From: Camelus ferus
Lineage: Eukaryota
DNA length: 64,000 bases
NCBI RefSeq assembly: GCF_009834535.1
Contig: NC_045696.1
Span: 113,772,001-113,836,000, forward strand
Reading direction: 5' to 3'
Shown: in pieces, positions 1 to 12,777 of the stretch
How positions within the stretch are numbered: position 1 is the first letter of the stretch
Layout of the letters: each line of letters begins with the position of its first letter
Position numbers and translations under genes: made by a program
Notes under the pieces: model-generated
What the model was told of the DNA's origin: nothing
What the model saw: only the letters and a program-made list of their open reading frames with translations
Database searches by the model: none

Positions 1-3000
1 CCTCCTTGATGCTCTAGCTTTGCAAACAACACTGTAACATTCGTACTATACCACTTTAACTCCTTCTCCAAGATATATCATTCAAAGTGAGGAAACAGGT
101 TGTAGAAAGCTGGCTTCCGGGCTCTGATCCTGCAAACCGCTAATGGGTGGAAGAGACAATGCTTTCCACCCGGGGGAGGATGCTGACAGAGCTGTAACCA
201 GCACCATATTTATTTAGGACTGTTTGAACCAGAGGATTCTTTTTGGAAACTGACACGCCACTCTTGATCGTGCATGAAATGGGATCTGCTGAGACCCTAA
301 TTTCTCAGTGCTTGTGTGGGCGGCAGAGTCACAGGTGCTCAGATGCAGTGCCTCATTTGAAGTATTTTTGGGCGGTGAAATTTGGGTGTTAAAACTGAAT
401 CCTGTAACAAGCAGTAAATTACACAACTGCATTTAAATTCCAAAATAGTTATTTTTACAGCAGCTTTATAAAGTTTAATTTATCCCCTTGCCCTGAAAGA
501 TTTAATGAATGCTTAAAACATTTCCACTTATTTTTCTATGATTGTCTACATTTGCTTCCAGTGTAAATATGCTGACTAGATTTGCATAGTGATTAGACAC
601 GTAGAGCTGTTTTTTCGGGGGTGGGGGGATGGCAATGAATAGACCCACTGCCCCTAAATGGAACGTACTCACATCCGCATGAACAGTTATATTTCCACTT
701 GCAAATTAGATACCGTTTGTACCTACGATGCCTTCCTTGTTTAAATAACCATTCTTCACACACACACACACGCACACACGCTGAGACTGTTTTTAGGAAT
801 GGGATTATTTTAAAGATACACATTTTTTTAAGGTTAAATCAATCTTCTAGACCTGTTAAGTTTTGCTTCATTCTGCCAGAGGCCATTAAGCAAACTTTTG
901 TCACTGACATATGCTATACTGTCTTACTGAGGTTTAGAAAAACCACATAAAATATACAGCCCGATGGAAAATACACCTCAATGACTCTTTGTGGCACATA
1001 CAATTAATAGAACGGATGTCTCTTTTACTTTTATCTTTTATCTATTTACCAATATTTCCCTTCTAGAATACATTTAGTGAGGATTCTTGCTTATATCCCT
1101 AAATTATTCATTTGAAATTTATTGAATTTTTCAAAAAAATTTTTTATGCTTCCAGATAAAACACAAGGATAAGAGCTTTAAAGACAAAATCATTAGAGAA
1201 AATAATACAAAGTGCTCAGCACAGGAGGAGAGACTTCTAGCTCCGTATTAATACGTAGATGGGGCGGGGGTGGGGATCTTGAGACAGACACAGAATAGCC
1301 TTCCCGCCACTAAGTGAAAACACATCTACTCTCCCATGAACAACGACTGTGTTTTCACTTGCAAATTAGGTCTAGCAGTCCCCTATAAGGCTTTACATAT
1401 TTAAAGTCTAGGATAATCCTAAAAATCAGTGATAAATCAAAATAATATTGAAGAACTATTTCTAGAAAGATAACAAAAGAATTAAGCTTCAGCGTTGAAC
1501 TTAATTAGAGGTGATTTCTAAGATACATGGTGCCAAGCTATTGTGGTATCAACTCATGTTAAATATTTTAAACAGGCTTTAAAATTCTTATTGGAGTGAC
1601 AAGTAGATGTTTTTGTCCTTGCTTCAACATTGTACCAAAAAAAAAAAAAAAAAAAAAGGAAGGCTGAATAAACTACTCATGGCAAGACAGACAGGGCTGC
1701 TGGTATTAGTTAAACGTGACTAGCTCTGATTTAAATTTTGTTTAAAATCGGAAATGAAAATTAGCTTAGTAATTTAAATCTAATTCTCATTGGTACTAAG
1801 TTCAAGTCTCTAGAACATGATACCTGACACACAAAGGCCCCAGGTCATCTAGCGTCGGGGTGACAGGTCATGGTTAAGGTTGATTACAGGGCAAAAAACC
1901 AAATGTTTAATGTCTCCCATGCCCAGTGGCTCTTTGGGACTGCCTGCCTCGGGAGTGATGTTAAACGCTTAATCAAATGCACTTGGATCCCTCAGAAGGC
2001 GCGTGGTTGTACTAACAAGCCAACCTGCCGTTTGTAATCAAGTTCTAGACCAAACTAAAAATGAACAACTGTTTCTCTAGGGACAACATAAGAATAAAAC
2101 TTTAGGGCTTATCTTCATTAGCTGGTTATTTTTCGTCTGTCAGAACTGAAGTCCAAGGAGTTGGAATAGGTTCAGCTCATGCCTCCTGCAAATCACCACA
2201 TTCTGCTTGTGTTGAGACTTCAGATTTCTGATGGCTTGACTGTTCGCATTAGAATTTCTCCGGAAACGGTCCTTAACTTATCGTGGGAAGGAAGATGTCT
2301 ATAAAAACTTGGTTTCAGCACTTGAACTGGTCAATAAATAATTAGATGAGCAGATTTTAGTGAACAGAAGTGCTGAAACAGGCAAAACAAAATGGTCATT
2401 TTGGACAAGCAACAGCCAGCTGCCGGATGCTAGGGAACCATGTCATACGTGGTACTCCCACCTACCCTAAACTACAAGTTAGGTTCAGGATGAAAGGCTA
2501 CAAACTGAACACAGGTGAGTCCATGTCAGGGACAATCTGCTGATGAGTTGGTAGCCTGAACCGCCTTTTCTTAGACACAGTTTGATTTCAGGATTGTCCA
2601 AACATCACAGTCCAGACTCATTTGCCAGGCAGCTTTTAAGTAAGTCTGAGACTCAGGTATCCCACTGAAAACATGTATGTACAATACTTATAGATACGTC
2701 TGTGTGTCTGTGTCTGCTCAGAGGTATACAAGTGTGAGGCAGACGAGTAGCAATAATAAAGTGAAATGCTGTTTGCATGCTTGCATTTATCTGGGCTTTT
2801 ATCCTACACTTAGAGAATAAAAGCTATTAAGCAATGTACTTTTGAGGTCTGAGAATGAATGAACAGATCAGACATGGTAAGTCTGAGAGCAGCCTGAAGT
2901 CACGGTCAAGTATTTAGGCAACTGGGTTTTGTCAGGGCATCAAGCTGTTAGTAGCTTTGGAGGACATATCTCATTAGGTGGAACCAACTCTTGCCTGGGT

Positions 3001-4597
3001 ACTATTGTTGACATGCCTTTGATAAGACAATCTATAATATAACCTTCAAGGGGTATCACCCCAGAGAAGCACAATGAGAAATGCAGTAAGACGGTCATTT
3101 TGACATGCTCCTCTCAGACACAGGCTGACCTACTGTGTTGCTGTCAAGAGAAGCAAAAAGCTAGACTGACTTTCTAATGGAATTTGTCAGAGCCCTATAA
3201 ACTCCAAGGAAGACTATTTAAGCCTTGTTTGTGGACAAGGGGGCAGAGAAATACAGTGACAGAGTAACTTGCTAATAAAGGATGGAGAACCGGCCTCTGA
3301 AGAAAGCTACGGATGATGTCTGCTAGGCTCTTTATCTTTGGAAAATTGAGTGAATGATTAGGAAGTTGAATTCCATCAAGTCTATGGACTATATGTAAGA
3401 CTATATCACTGATGGGTAAAGAAAGGAGTAATTTTACAGAACATACCAACTCTGTGCTATGCCAGAATTAGAGAATGTTGGCATTTGTTTTAAAATTATG
3501 TGGGATTTTTATGAGTAAATTTAAAGTACACATTTTGATGGTACAGAGGAAGAAATGCTGGATTCTGAGATATATATGGTTAAGCCATTTGAGTGGCATA
3601 AAGGATAAAATTCTAAACAGTAAGTGTGCATTATGTCTTTTAAGGGTAAATCCTTAACTTCATATAAACAATGAATGTATGTAATAGTGGTTTCATCTTA
3701 AATCTAGGATCGACTGGTTTTTAACATTGGCACAATTTCAACAATTCTAATTGGCTTTCTTTCCTTGCTTATTTTTGAGGTAGCCTTGTCTTGTCTGGTA
3801 CAGTTCTGAGAAAGCCTTCTCAGGTATAAAAAAATCCAAAGAAATATTGTCAATGATTGGGGGAAAAAAAAGAACAGAACAGAGGCACTGAGAAAACCAA
3901 ACCATTTCCTTCAGAAACAAATGTCCAGTTTTGAATGGTTAATGTACAATTCACTTTCAGAGCTATGTCAGTTTGCTCATGTAAACGGCAGATTGAAAAT
4001 TACTGACCAAAACAAAGACTCCATGCTTATGGCTACCAGCATACGAGGGACTTTGCCAAGAAACTGCCAAGAAATCTGTGATGTGAAACTACTTCACTCC
4101 AGGCCCATAGGCAGCTATCTTTTTTTGTTTAAAAAGGTTGTAAGTGTAACATTTATAATATCATTGCTTCTTGACCCAGCATTTTGATTTATTAAAGTGT
4201 GACCAAAGGCTTCTATCATTCCATAAAAAGGAAATGTAGAGAGCATTCTGAGCTCTGTTAACAATGGAAACATGTCAAGTGATTTATTGATTTTGTTATC
4301 TTCATCCATATGCTAACTTTATGACTGAAACAAAACAGAGCATTCCCCCCGCCCCCCGAAATCATCTTCAGCTTTGATCTGTAAGACCCCAGGGTGGATA
4401 CAATCAAGCTGATTATGAATCAACAAGAAAATGTCTATTAAAATTCAGAAAATAAATAACTTTTTTCTTTACATTTAAACATTTAAGGTTTACAGTAGTG
4501 GAAAATACCACCAATACATTCGGGAAAATTCATTTTGCTGTGAGAAGACTGACTCTATGGTAACATTAAATGCGTGGGTGGTTAAAAGGCTGGCTGA

Positions 4598-4754
4598 GGA
4601 GGAGGGTGTAGCTCCTCCTCCTGTGGTAGAGCGCACGCTCAGCATGCACGAGGTCCTGGGTTCAATCCCCAGAACCTCCTCTAGAAATAAATAAATAAAT
4701 CTAATACCACCCCCCCAAAAGTAAAAACAAAACAAAAAACAAACAAACAAAAAA
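4598..4754 (+). mobile_element. Camelid tRNA-Ala-derived SINE (vic-1-like), long form; A-box disrupted by a CTC expansion
   Basis: GGAGGGTGTAGCTC..GTGGTAGAGCGCACGCTCAGCATGCACGAGGTCCTGGGTTCAATCCCCAG, followed by an A-rich tail. Confidence 0.9.
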
Positions 4755-5504
4755 CCTGAAATGGCTGAAAATAGCAAGAAATAGAGGAAAGCAGGCTTCT
4801 AGAATTTTAGTCAGCCTCAAGGGCAGTGTTTTTCTGGATGATTTATGGCCACAGCTGCATGTTCAAAGCCTTGAGTGGTAGTTGAAGAGCACTTCGTACT
4901 ATGTTCACCTTCATGTGGTGAAAACCGATGGAGAGATGCGGTCAGCGAATGGAGATGCCACAAAACCTTATATTCTTAAAAGCACAAAAGTACAATTTGT
5001 AAAAAAAAGTTCTTATAGAATAAGATACAGTGATCCAGACCCTAGTCATAAGGAAGAGGACCTGAATTCCTGGTTGTGCAGACAGTGCGCTGTGGAGGGG
5101 GAACGCCCACACGGGGGCTGCGGTCTCGGTGCTACTGGCCCAATGATGGAGTCCCTGGAAAAGCAGGGATTCCGAACCCAAAACCTCTCCTTGGTGACCT
5201 TCCCTGTTCAGGCCATCGTGACCTTGTGCCTGGATAACAGTGACATCTGAGTTCAGTTAAACAGGTGTTCACCACGAGCCCTCCCCAATGCTGGCGTCCT
5301 GTGAGGAGTAAGTGACAGGAGGAGGGAGGCCACGTCCTGCCCTTCCGCCTAAGATCTGAAATAAAACAAACCCCAGATCCTCCTTTGAGGCCAGTGGATA
5401 GTGTTGTGTCTCAAGTAAACTGGGGGAATTGGGGTCTGGTTAACACCGCGGTCCCCTGGGACTTGTACATGATGTGGAGTGTTTATACCAACATTCTAAC
5501 TCAA

Positions 5505-5749
5505 CGGATTCTCCTCCTGGCTGGTAAACAGGCAGCCACCTCCCCCTGCATCCTCCCAGGGCAGAGAAAGAAAGAGCGAGCTCTCTGCTGTCTCTTCTTA
5601 CAAGGATGCTAATCCATTAGATCAGGGCTCCACCCTTACGACCTCATCTCACTTGAATTACCCCCTTATTGGCCCCAACTCCAAACAGTCCCATGAGGGT
5701 CGGGGCTTCCGTGTGTGAGTTTTGGGGGGACACAGCTCTGTTCACAGCA
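5505..5749 (-). mobile_element. MaLR LTR fragment (MLT1/MST-like)
   Basis: TCTCTTCTTACAAGGATGCTAATCC..GGGCTCCACCCTTACGACCTCATCT..TTTTGGGGGGACACA..CACAGCA resembles the reverse complement of MLT1A-type LTR ends. Confidence 0.75.
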
Positions 5750-7419
5750 CACCCTTAGAGGCTGCTTTTCCGGTGCCTAGGGCAGGCCATGGTTCATGTC
5801 TCCATTATCCTTTCCTGACAAGCAAGCCCCCCAGTCCTCCAGCCTTCTCACACCCTCGTCCCCACACTTCCATGTCCTATACTCCCGTAGGATAGTCCTC
5901 CCCCAGACGCCCCCCTTCCTTTTCAGCCACACCCTCTCCAACTCCAATGAGGCAGCGTACTATTTCTGTACCTCCCGTATTTGTGATCTGCCCTCTGTTG
6001 TATCCTGAGAGGTCAGGAGAGTATTCCTGTGGTGGTATTAGTGATTGCAGCTCCCCCGCAGTGCCTAGCATGGTTCCTTCCAACTTCTGACACTAAAAAT
6101 AATTACCTGTTGAACGGAGTGTCTGAGGAATCTCTACAATTAAGAGTAATTAATAATAACTGCAATGGCTATTTGTTAATAGGCCAATTTTAAAAGACTA
6201 AAAGCGAAGAGGAAAATTATTTTACATTCAGAAATCTGTGAGAATGGTTTGTGTGAAGGGGAGGATGTAAATAGAATACTGTTACAAGAGGGGGGTAGAT
6301 GAAGAATGATTCGAAGAGATTGCTTTCCCCCGGACATTGGTTCACAGACAAGACTAGCAGAATGCTGTTACAATGCCAAGGGAAGACACCCTGCAGCTAG
6401 AGGGACCCTGGAAAAGATGTGGGAACCTCGGAAACACCAGATGCCAGTACTGGCAGAGGTACTACTGAGGAAAAAGTGGATGCTACACAGAACTTGTGCA
6501 GAGAGCATTCACACATCACTCCCGTCTGTATGCAGGTCCTCAGGCACTTCAGGACTGCAGGTAGCTTCTGCCTCACTCTGAACTGCCAATCCTAAGCCCA
6601 CAGTGAAAACAGTGCTCCTGGAGATGTGTGATGTGCCCCTTTTATAACGCGCATGTCGGGGTGCTGCTAGGGGCCTGTGATGAATACATCAGTTAATAAC
6701 AATGTCATGTTTGAGGGAGATTTGTCTTAAACCAGCTTCTGGCATCTTGCTCACACAGAGCTCCCCTCTTCCTCTTCACGCTGTTTGTATGGATCGAGGG
6801 GGCCCTCTGGACAGGGTGGGTTTGAGGAGACAAGCCCCCTTATTTGGGGCAGATGGAAGGGTGCTGAATGAGCTGCACAAGTTCCATCTCGGTCTAATGC
6901 ATTTGACTATTAAGGACCCACCTGCTAAGGGAAGCTGATGACTGAAAAGGGCTGAGTTACTGCCACCCCTCCCCCTCTCCCACACCTCCACCACCCCTCA
7001 ATTAGCTGCGCTGTGCGTGTCCTTCCCCGCCTAAGGGGTAGACACTGCAGAAACGCTGGTAAAAGCATTCTGGGCTCCCTAAAAGGGCACCTTGTACCCC
7101 AGCCTTGGGGCTGTATTGGCGGCAAGTGGCTTCTACTGCAGGACAGCCTAAGGCAGAGGGTTCCATCACTGGTCAATGTGGTCTTCAAGGCGAACACAAG
7201 TTCTGGCCCCAGCTTCTGGATTTCAGTGATAATTCAGTTACTATCAAACTCTTGCACTTTAATGTCCTCAAGAGCAGGGACTTTAACCTGAGTATTTTAA
7301 CTATTCCCACCTTCCTGGCCTTGGGCCTGAACCAGAGCTTGGTAAATGTCTGTTGGACAACCAAGTGACTGAACTTAAGGCACCAATATCCGTGCACAGG
7401 AGCTCCCTCTTGGACTATG

Positions 7420-7592
7420 ACCAGCTGTGAGGAGCACGGGCTCTGGAGTCAAACCCCTTGAATGTAAACCCCAGTTCTGACCCATCCGTGGACAAATCAC
7501 CTTAATTCTCTGAACCTGCTTCTTCACCTGCAAATAGCAGATACCATTAGTGAACACCCCAGAGAATGGATAAGAGGGTTAGATGAGAGAAT
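7420..7592 (+). mobile_element. MIR 5' part, interrupted by an L1 (continues at ~8879-8930)
   Basis: GAGCACGGGCTCTGGAGTCAAAC..TCTCTGAACCTGCTTCTTCACCTGCAAA; the core resumes after the L1 as ..TGGTGCCTGGGACTCAGTAGG. Confidence 0.7.
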
Positions 7593-8878
7593 GACACTCA
7601 GGTTGCTTCCATATCTTGGCTACTGTAAATAATGCTGCTATGAACATTGGGGTGCATGTATCTTTTCAAATTGGTGTTTTTGGTTATATATCCAGGAGTG
7701 GAATTGCTGGGTCATATGGTAGTTCTATTTTTAGTGTTTTGAGAAACCTCCATACAGTTTTCTGTAGTGGCTGCACCAACTTACATTCCCATCAACAGTG
7801 TAGGAGGGTTCCCTTTTCTCCACATCCTTGTCACTGTCTGTTATTCATGGTCTTTTTGATGATGGACGCTCTGACAGGTGTGAGGTTTTCTCATTGTGGT
7901 TTTGATTTGAATTTCTCCAACAATTAGTGATGCTAAGCATCTTTTCATGTGCCTGTTGGTCATCTGCATTTCCTCTTTGGAAAAATGTTTATTTAGTTCT
8001 TCTGCCCATTTTTAAATCACGTTTTTTGGATGTTGAGTTGTATGTGCTGTTTATATATGCTGGATATTAATCCCTTATTAGTCATATCATTTGGAAATAT
8101 TTTCTCCCATTTAGTAGGTTGTCTTTTTTTCTTTCATCGATGGTTTCCTTTCTGTGTGAAAGCTTTTCAGTTTAATTCCATCCCATTTGTTTATTTTTGC
8201 TTTTATTTTGTTTACTTTAGGGGATAGATCCCACCTCCCACCCCCAACCAAACTGCTGTGATTTATGCCAAAGAGTGTTGTGCCTCTGTTTTCTTCTAGG
8301 AGTTTTATAGCATCCAGTCTTACATTTAGGTCTTTAGTCCATTTTGAGTTTAATTTTGTATATGGTATCAAAGAATGTTCTAGTGTCCATCAACAGATGA
8401 ATGGATAAAGAAGATGTGGGGGTGTGTGTGTGTGTGTGTGTATACACACACACACACATATTTATTCCACAATGGAATACTACTCAGCCATGAAAAAGAA
8501 CAAAATTTTGCCATCTGCAGCAACATGAATAGGCTCGGAGGGCATTATGCTAAGTGAAGTAAGTCAGAGAAAGACATGCTGTATGATATCACTTATATGT
8601 GAAATCTAGAAAATACAACAAACTAGGAAATATAACTGAAAAAATCAGACTCATAGATACAGAGAACAAACTAGTGGTCACCAGTGGGCAGGGGGACAAC
8701 GTAGGGGTGGGGGCAAGTGGGAGGCACAAACTATTGGGTGTAAGACAGGTGAAGGATCTATTGTACTACATGGGTAATACAGCCAATATTTTGTAATAAA
8801 TGTTAATGGAAAGTAATCTTTAAAATTTGTATAAAAATAAAAAACAGATTTAGAAAAATGAAACTTAAAAAAAAAAAA
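7593..8878. mobile_element. L1, 5'-truncated with 5' inversion (7593-8381 minus, 8382-8878 plus)
   Basis: The minus part gives ORF2 C-terminal peptides (IPYTKLNSKWTKDLNVR..). The plus part is ORF2 end, 3'UTR and poly(A). Breakpoints are adjacent in L1 consensus order. Confidence 0.9.
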
Positions 8879-9217
8879 GATAACGAACGAACAGCCCTAA
8901 ATATGGTGCCTGGGACTCAGTAGGTTCAAAACCGGGCAGCTGCTGCGGGCTGTTGTCCCTACCCCTCCTACTGTCATTACCATCAGCAAACCCAGCAGAA
9001 GAAAAGTCAACAGCCACTAGTCCCCTCACTGCCGCCTGGTGTTGGTGCTGTGGGATTCATTCCATTTCAGCTGAAGCAGCAGAAAGGGCGTCTCAACATT
9101 CCTTTCCTGTCTTTCCCAAACCTGAGTCAAACTGTCACTTGACAGGTTAACCTTTAGGGTATGCTGGGGTCTGGGGTCTCTAGGGAACTGCTTTTAGAAA
9201 GTGGATGGTGTGATTCT

Positions 9218-9320
9218 TTAAAAATTGTTTCATTGTGATAAAATATACATAATGGAAAATTTACCATTTTACCCATTTCCAAGTGTGCAATTCAGTGGCA
9301 TTAAGTACGTTCACATTGTC
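9218..9320 (-). mobile_element. Short L1 3'-end fragment (L1MA/MB-like)
   Basis: ATTGTGATAAAATATACATAA..AAATTTACCATTTT..AAGTGTGCAATTCAGTGGCATTAAGTACGTTCACATTGT. Confidence 0.75.
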
Positions 9321-11034
9321 TTGGATGGTGAATCTTGATGGGTTTGTGTCAGGGATTCCCCAGGGACAATTTCAAGGATGTTTTTTCCCCTTCAATTTCA
9401 GTGACGCTCCTGAGAGTGAGCAGGGCCCCCCAGGAGATGCCTGAGGATCAGCTTTGGTTCAGACACTGCACCACACACAGCCTTCAGGCCTCGGTACCCA
9501 GCAAGATTAACTAAGACCTTGGTCTAAGTTTTTTCCCACCATAAAAACATTCATTTTCACCGGAGGTGAAATCATCAAACAGTGGCTGGTGAAAACCCAA
9601 CTTTGGTCATGTGGATACATAATTAAGACAGGAAATTAGATCTAAATTTTCTCTCTTGGGCCACAAATAGAAAATCTACGCAGTAAATAGATTTCAGGGG
9701 GTGAGATGACAGCATGGGGTAAATGTATCACTGCTTACATGGCATAACACCTACCGCCTCTACAGCTATTTAAAGAACGTTAGACTAGAGAACACTCAAG
9801 GAGAAAACATAGCCATTTAAGACTTTCCCTCTTGGTGTTACATTTTTCATCCTGTCTTCTGATTGATTACTACTATGCAGTGTATGTCATTGGGATGATA
9901 TATTAAAATAAACATGTAATGTACATTTTTAAAGTAAAAATGAAAACTTCCGTAAAAGCATTCTAATTATCTATTAAGAAGACCACAAGAGGGACAAGAG
10001 ATTACATTTTTCCTGATGCCCAGAAGATGGAAGATGATGCCTGTTGCTCCTACACTTGCCAGTTCCAAGTGGGTGCCTCGGGGAGTCACCACATTGCTGC
10101 CGGCCAAGAAGAGCTAAGGAACACTTCTTGACCGAAACCCCTTGAAGAAAGTGGAAATTAATTTTCCTTTAATTCTGAAATGTGTTATTATTTTTATTTC
10201 CTACTGAGTTTCTAAATCTCTGTAAATTTAACATAGTAGAAGTAAGCAGTAAATATACCCATTAGTAATTATTCATAAAAAAGAAATCAATTCCTCAAGA
10301 CAAAGAAGGAGATTTTGTAACTTTAAGAATGAATCATCGGTGACTGGAGTGAAGAGAAAGAGACTAATGCTTTACAACTATGAAGGCTGCAGAGAATGTT
10401 TACAAACTGACCATAACTCGCTGCAAGTCTGAGTAATGCAGTTATTTGCACATTTCTACTACAGCCGGCACAAATTTCTGACCAGTTTAACAAGTAAAAT
10501 TTTGGTTCTAATTAAGTAAATGGCAACTAGTCAATTCTAAAGCATTAACATTTCAAGAAGAAGAGAGCTGAATAAATTTGAAAATATTAATTAAAAACTA
10601 TAATAATGTTTCAGAAACTAACTTACAAGGTTGCCTTTTTATCAACTACATTTTAACTTTAGCTTTTCTCATTTTAATTTACCGATATGTTAAAAATTTT
10701 AGTTATACGAAATTTTAAGTTATTTACTAATTCTTAAAAATTCAAACAATAAAACAAATGTAAAAGTAAATCATGAAGATCCTCCTCTCCTACCTCACAC
10801 CTTCAAATTCTAACTTCCCAAAGAGTATCTGCTTTTTAATAGTTTGGTATCCATGTTTCCTCCTTTCTTCTATGCATTTATAGTCAAATACACTGTGTGA
10901 GGGTATTTATGAGTGTGTAAGGCCAGTTTTTTTAATAGATCAAATTACATAATATTGTGGACTTTCCTTTTTCATGACTGCATTATCATCTATTTAACCA
11001 TTCCGTAAGGATGAACATTAAGAAGTTTTCCAAG

Positions 11035-11122
11035 AGGGGAGGGTACAGCTCAGTGGTAGAGCACATGCTTAGCATGCACAAGGTCCCAGGTTCAATCCCC
11101 AGTACCTCCACTAAAAATAAAT
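11035..11122 (+). mobile_element. Camelid tRNA-Ala-derived SINE, short form, with TSD
   Basis: GGGGAGGGTACAGCTCAGTGGTAGAGCACATGCTTAGCATGCACAAGGTCCCAGGTTCAATCCCCAGTACCTCCA + A tail; flanked by AAGAAGTTTTCCAAG / AAGAAGTTTCCCAG. Confidence 0.92.
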
Positions 11123-12246
11123 AAGAAGTTTCCCAGTTTTTTGCTATTATAAATCATGCTGTGGAGTATTAGCCCTTGTGTGTTTATCCATGGGCACAGC
11201 TGAGTATTTATTCAGGACAGATTCATAGAAGTGAGACTGCTGGTCAGAGGTTATGTGCATTTTACATTTTGACAGGTACCTCCAATTTGTCCTCAAAAAA
11301 AGAAAAACAACCCAACAATCTACATTCCAACAAACAATGCATAAATGTGTCTTTCCCTATACACTCCCCATATAGGGTGTTATTAATCTTTTTATCTTTG
11401 TTGATCTAGTGATTAAAAAGAGAAATCTCATTTTAGTATTTACTGGAGCTTGAACATTTTTTTCTGTTTCTTGGTCATATGTAGTTGTTCTGCAAACTGT
11501 TTGCTTAGGTCATTTCCCAGCCTTGCTTACTGAATGTTGGTTCTTCACTTGTTGATTTATAGTTCTTCCTGTATTAGGGATAGTAACTCTCTGCCCACTA
11601 TGTATGCTTTATATATGCTGCAAGATCACTATCTGTCAACAATTTATGGTATTTTTACCATATGGAATTAAAACATTTTACGTAGTCAAATCCGCTCATC
11701 TATTTTTCTTTATGCCTTTTGGGTTTTTAATCTTGCTTATAAAGGCCTTTCTCCAATTCCAAATTTTACTTTAGGATGTTCATAAGCTTTCGTATGTTTT
11801 ATTGAAAAGATATGTTTTGAAATATATTTTCACTGGGTATAGAATTCTAGGTTGACAGTTTTTCCTTCAGTACTTTAAAAACATAGTTCAACTGTCTTCT
11901 GGGTTGCACAGTTTCTGAACAGACGTTTGCTGTCATTCTTATCTTTGCTTCCCTGAAATAATATGACTTTTTTTAGGGGGCTGATTTTAATAATTTCTCT
12001 TTATCACTCTTCAGCAATTTGATATGATGTGCCTGACTGAGTGTGGTTTTCTTCATTTTTTTTTTTTTTGCTCGGGGTTCATCAAGCTCCTTGGATATGT
12101 GTGTTTAAAGTTCTCATCAAATTTGGGAAAACAACCACTATTTAGTCTAACTCTAACATCTATATCAGTTCTGGGTCAGTTTCAAGTGAGTGGTTATGCT
12201 CCTTATCATGTGTCATGTTTCCCTGCTTCTTTGCATGATGGTAATC

Positions 12247-12777
12247 TTTTCAAAAATTGAAATACAGTTGATGTAGAATATTATGTTAGTTTCAGGTGTA
12301 CCACATAGTGATTTGACACTTGCATACATTATGAAATGACCACCATGGTAAATCTAGTAACCATCTGCTGCCATACAAAGTTATCACAACATTACTGACC
12401 ATATTCTTTATGCTCTATATTATACCCTGTGGTTTATTTATTACATCACTGGAGGTTTGTATCTCTCGATCACCTTCGTGTATTTCACCCCTTACATCCA
12501 CCCCACCTCCTCTGGCAACCACCTGCTTACTCTCTTTACCTATGAGTCTGTTTTCATTGTTTTGCTTTTCAAATTCCACATACAAATGAGATCATATGTA
12601 TTTGTCTTTCTCTTTCTGACTTATTTCACTTAGCATAATACCCTCTAGATCCACCCATGTTGTTGCAAATGGTGAGATTTCATTTTTTATGGCTGAGGAA
12701 TACTCCATTGTGTGTGTGTGTACACACACATATGTATCTTTCATATATATATCATTCACACACACACACACATATAT
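12247..12777 (-). mobile_element. L1 3'UTR fragment nested in an older L1
   Basis: TTGAAATACAGTTGATGTAGAATATTATGTTAGTTTCAGGTGTAC..GACTTATTTCACTTAGCATAATACCCTCTAGATCCA..GGCTGAGGAATACTCCATTG. Confidence 0.85.

Noticed and set aside
2390..3570. Possible processed pseudogene or LTR remnant
   Set aside because: Trial translations gave nothing recognisable and I could not define ends or a family.
11035..11110. Genuine tRNA-Ala genes (here and at other copies)
   Set aside because: A-rich tails, TSDs, stem-breaking substitutions and multiple dispersed copies indicate SINEs.
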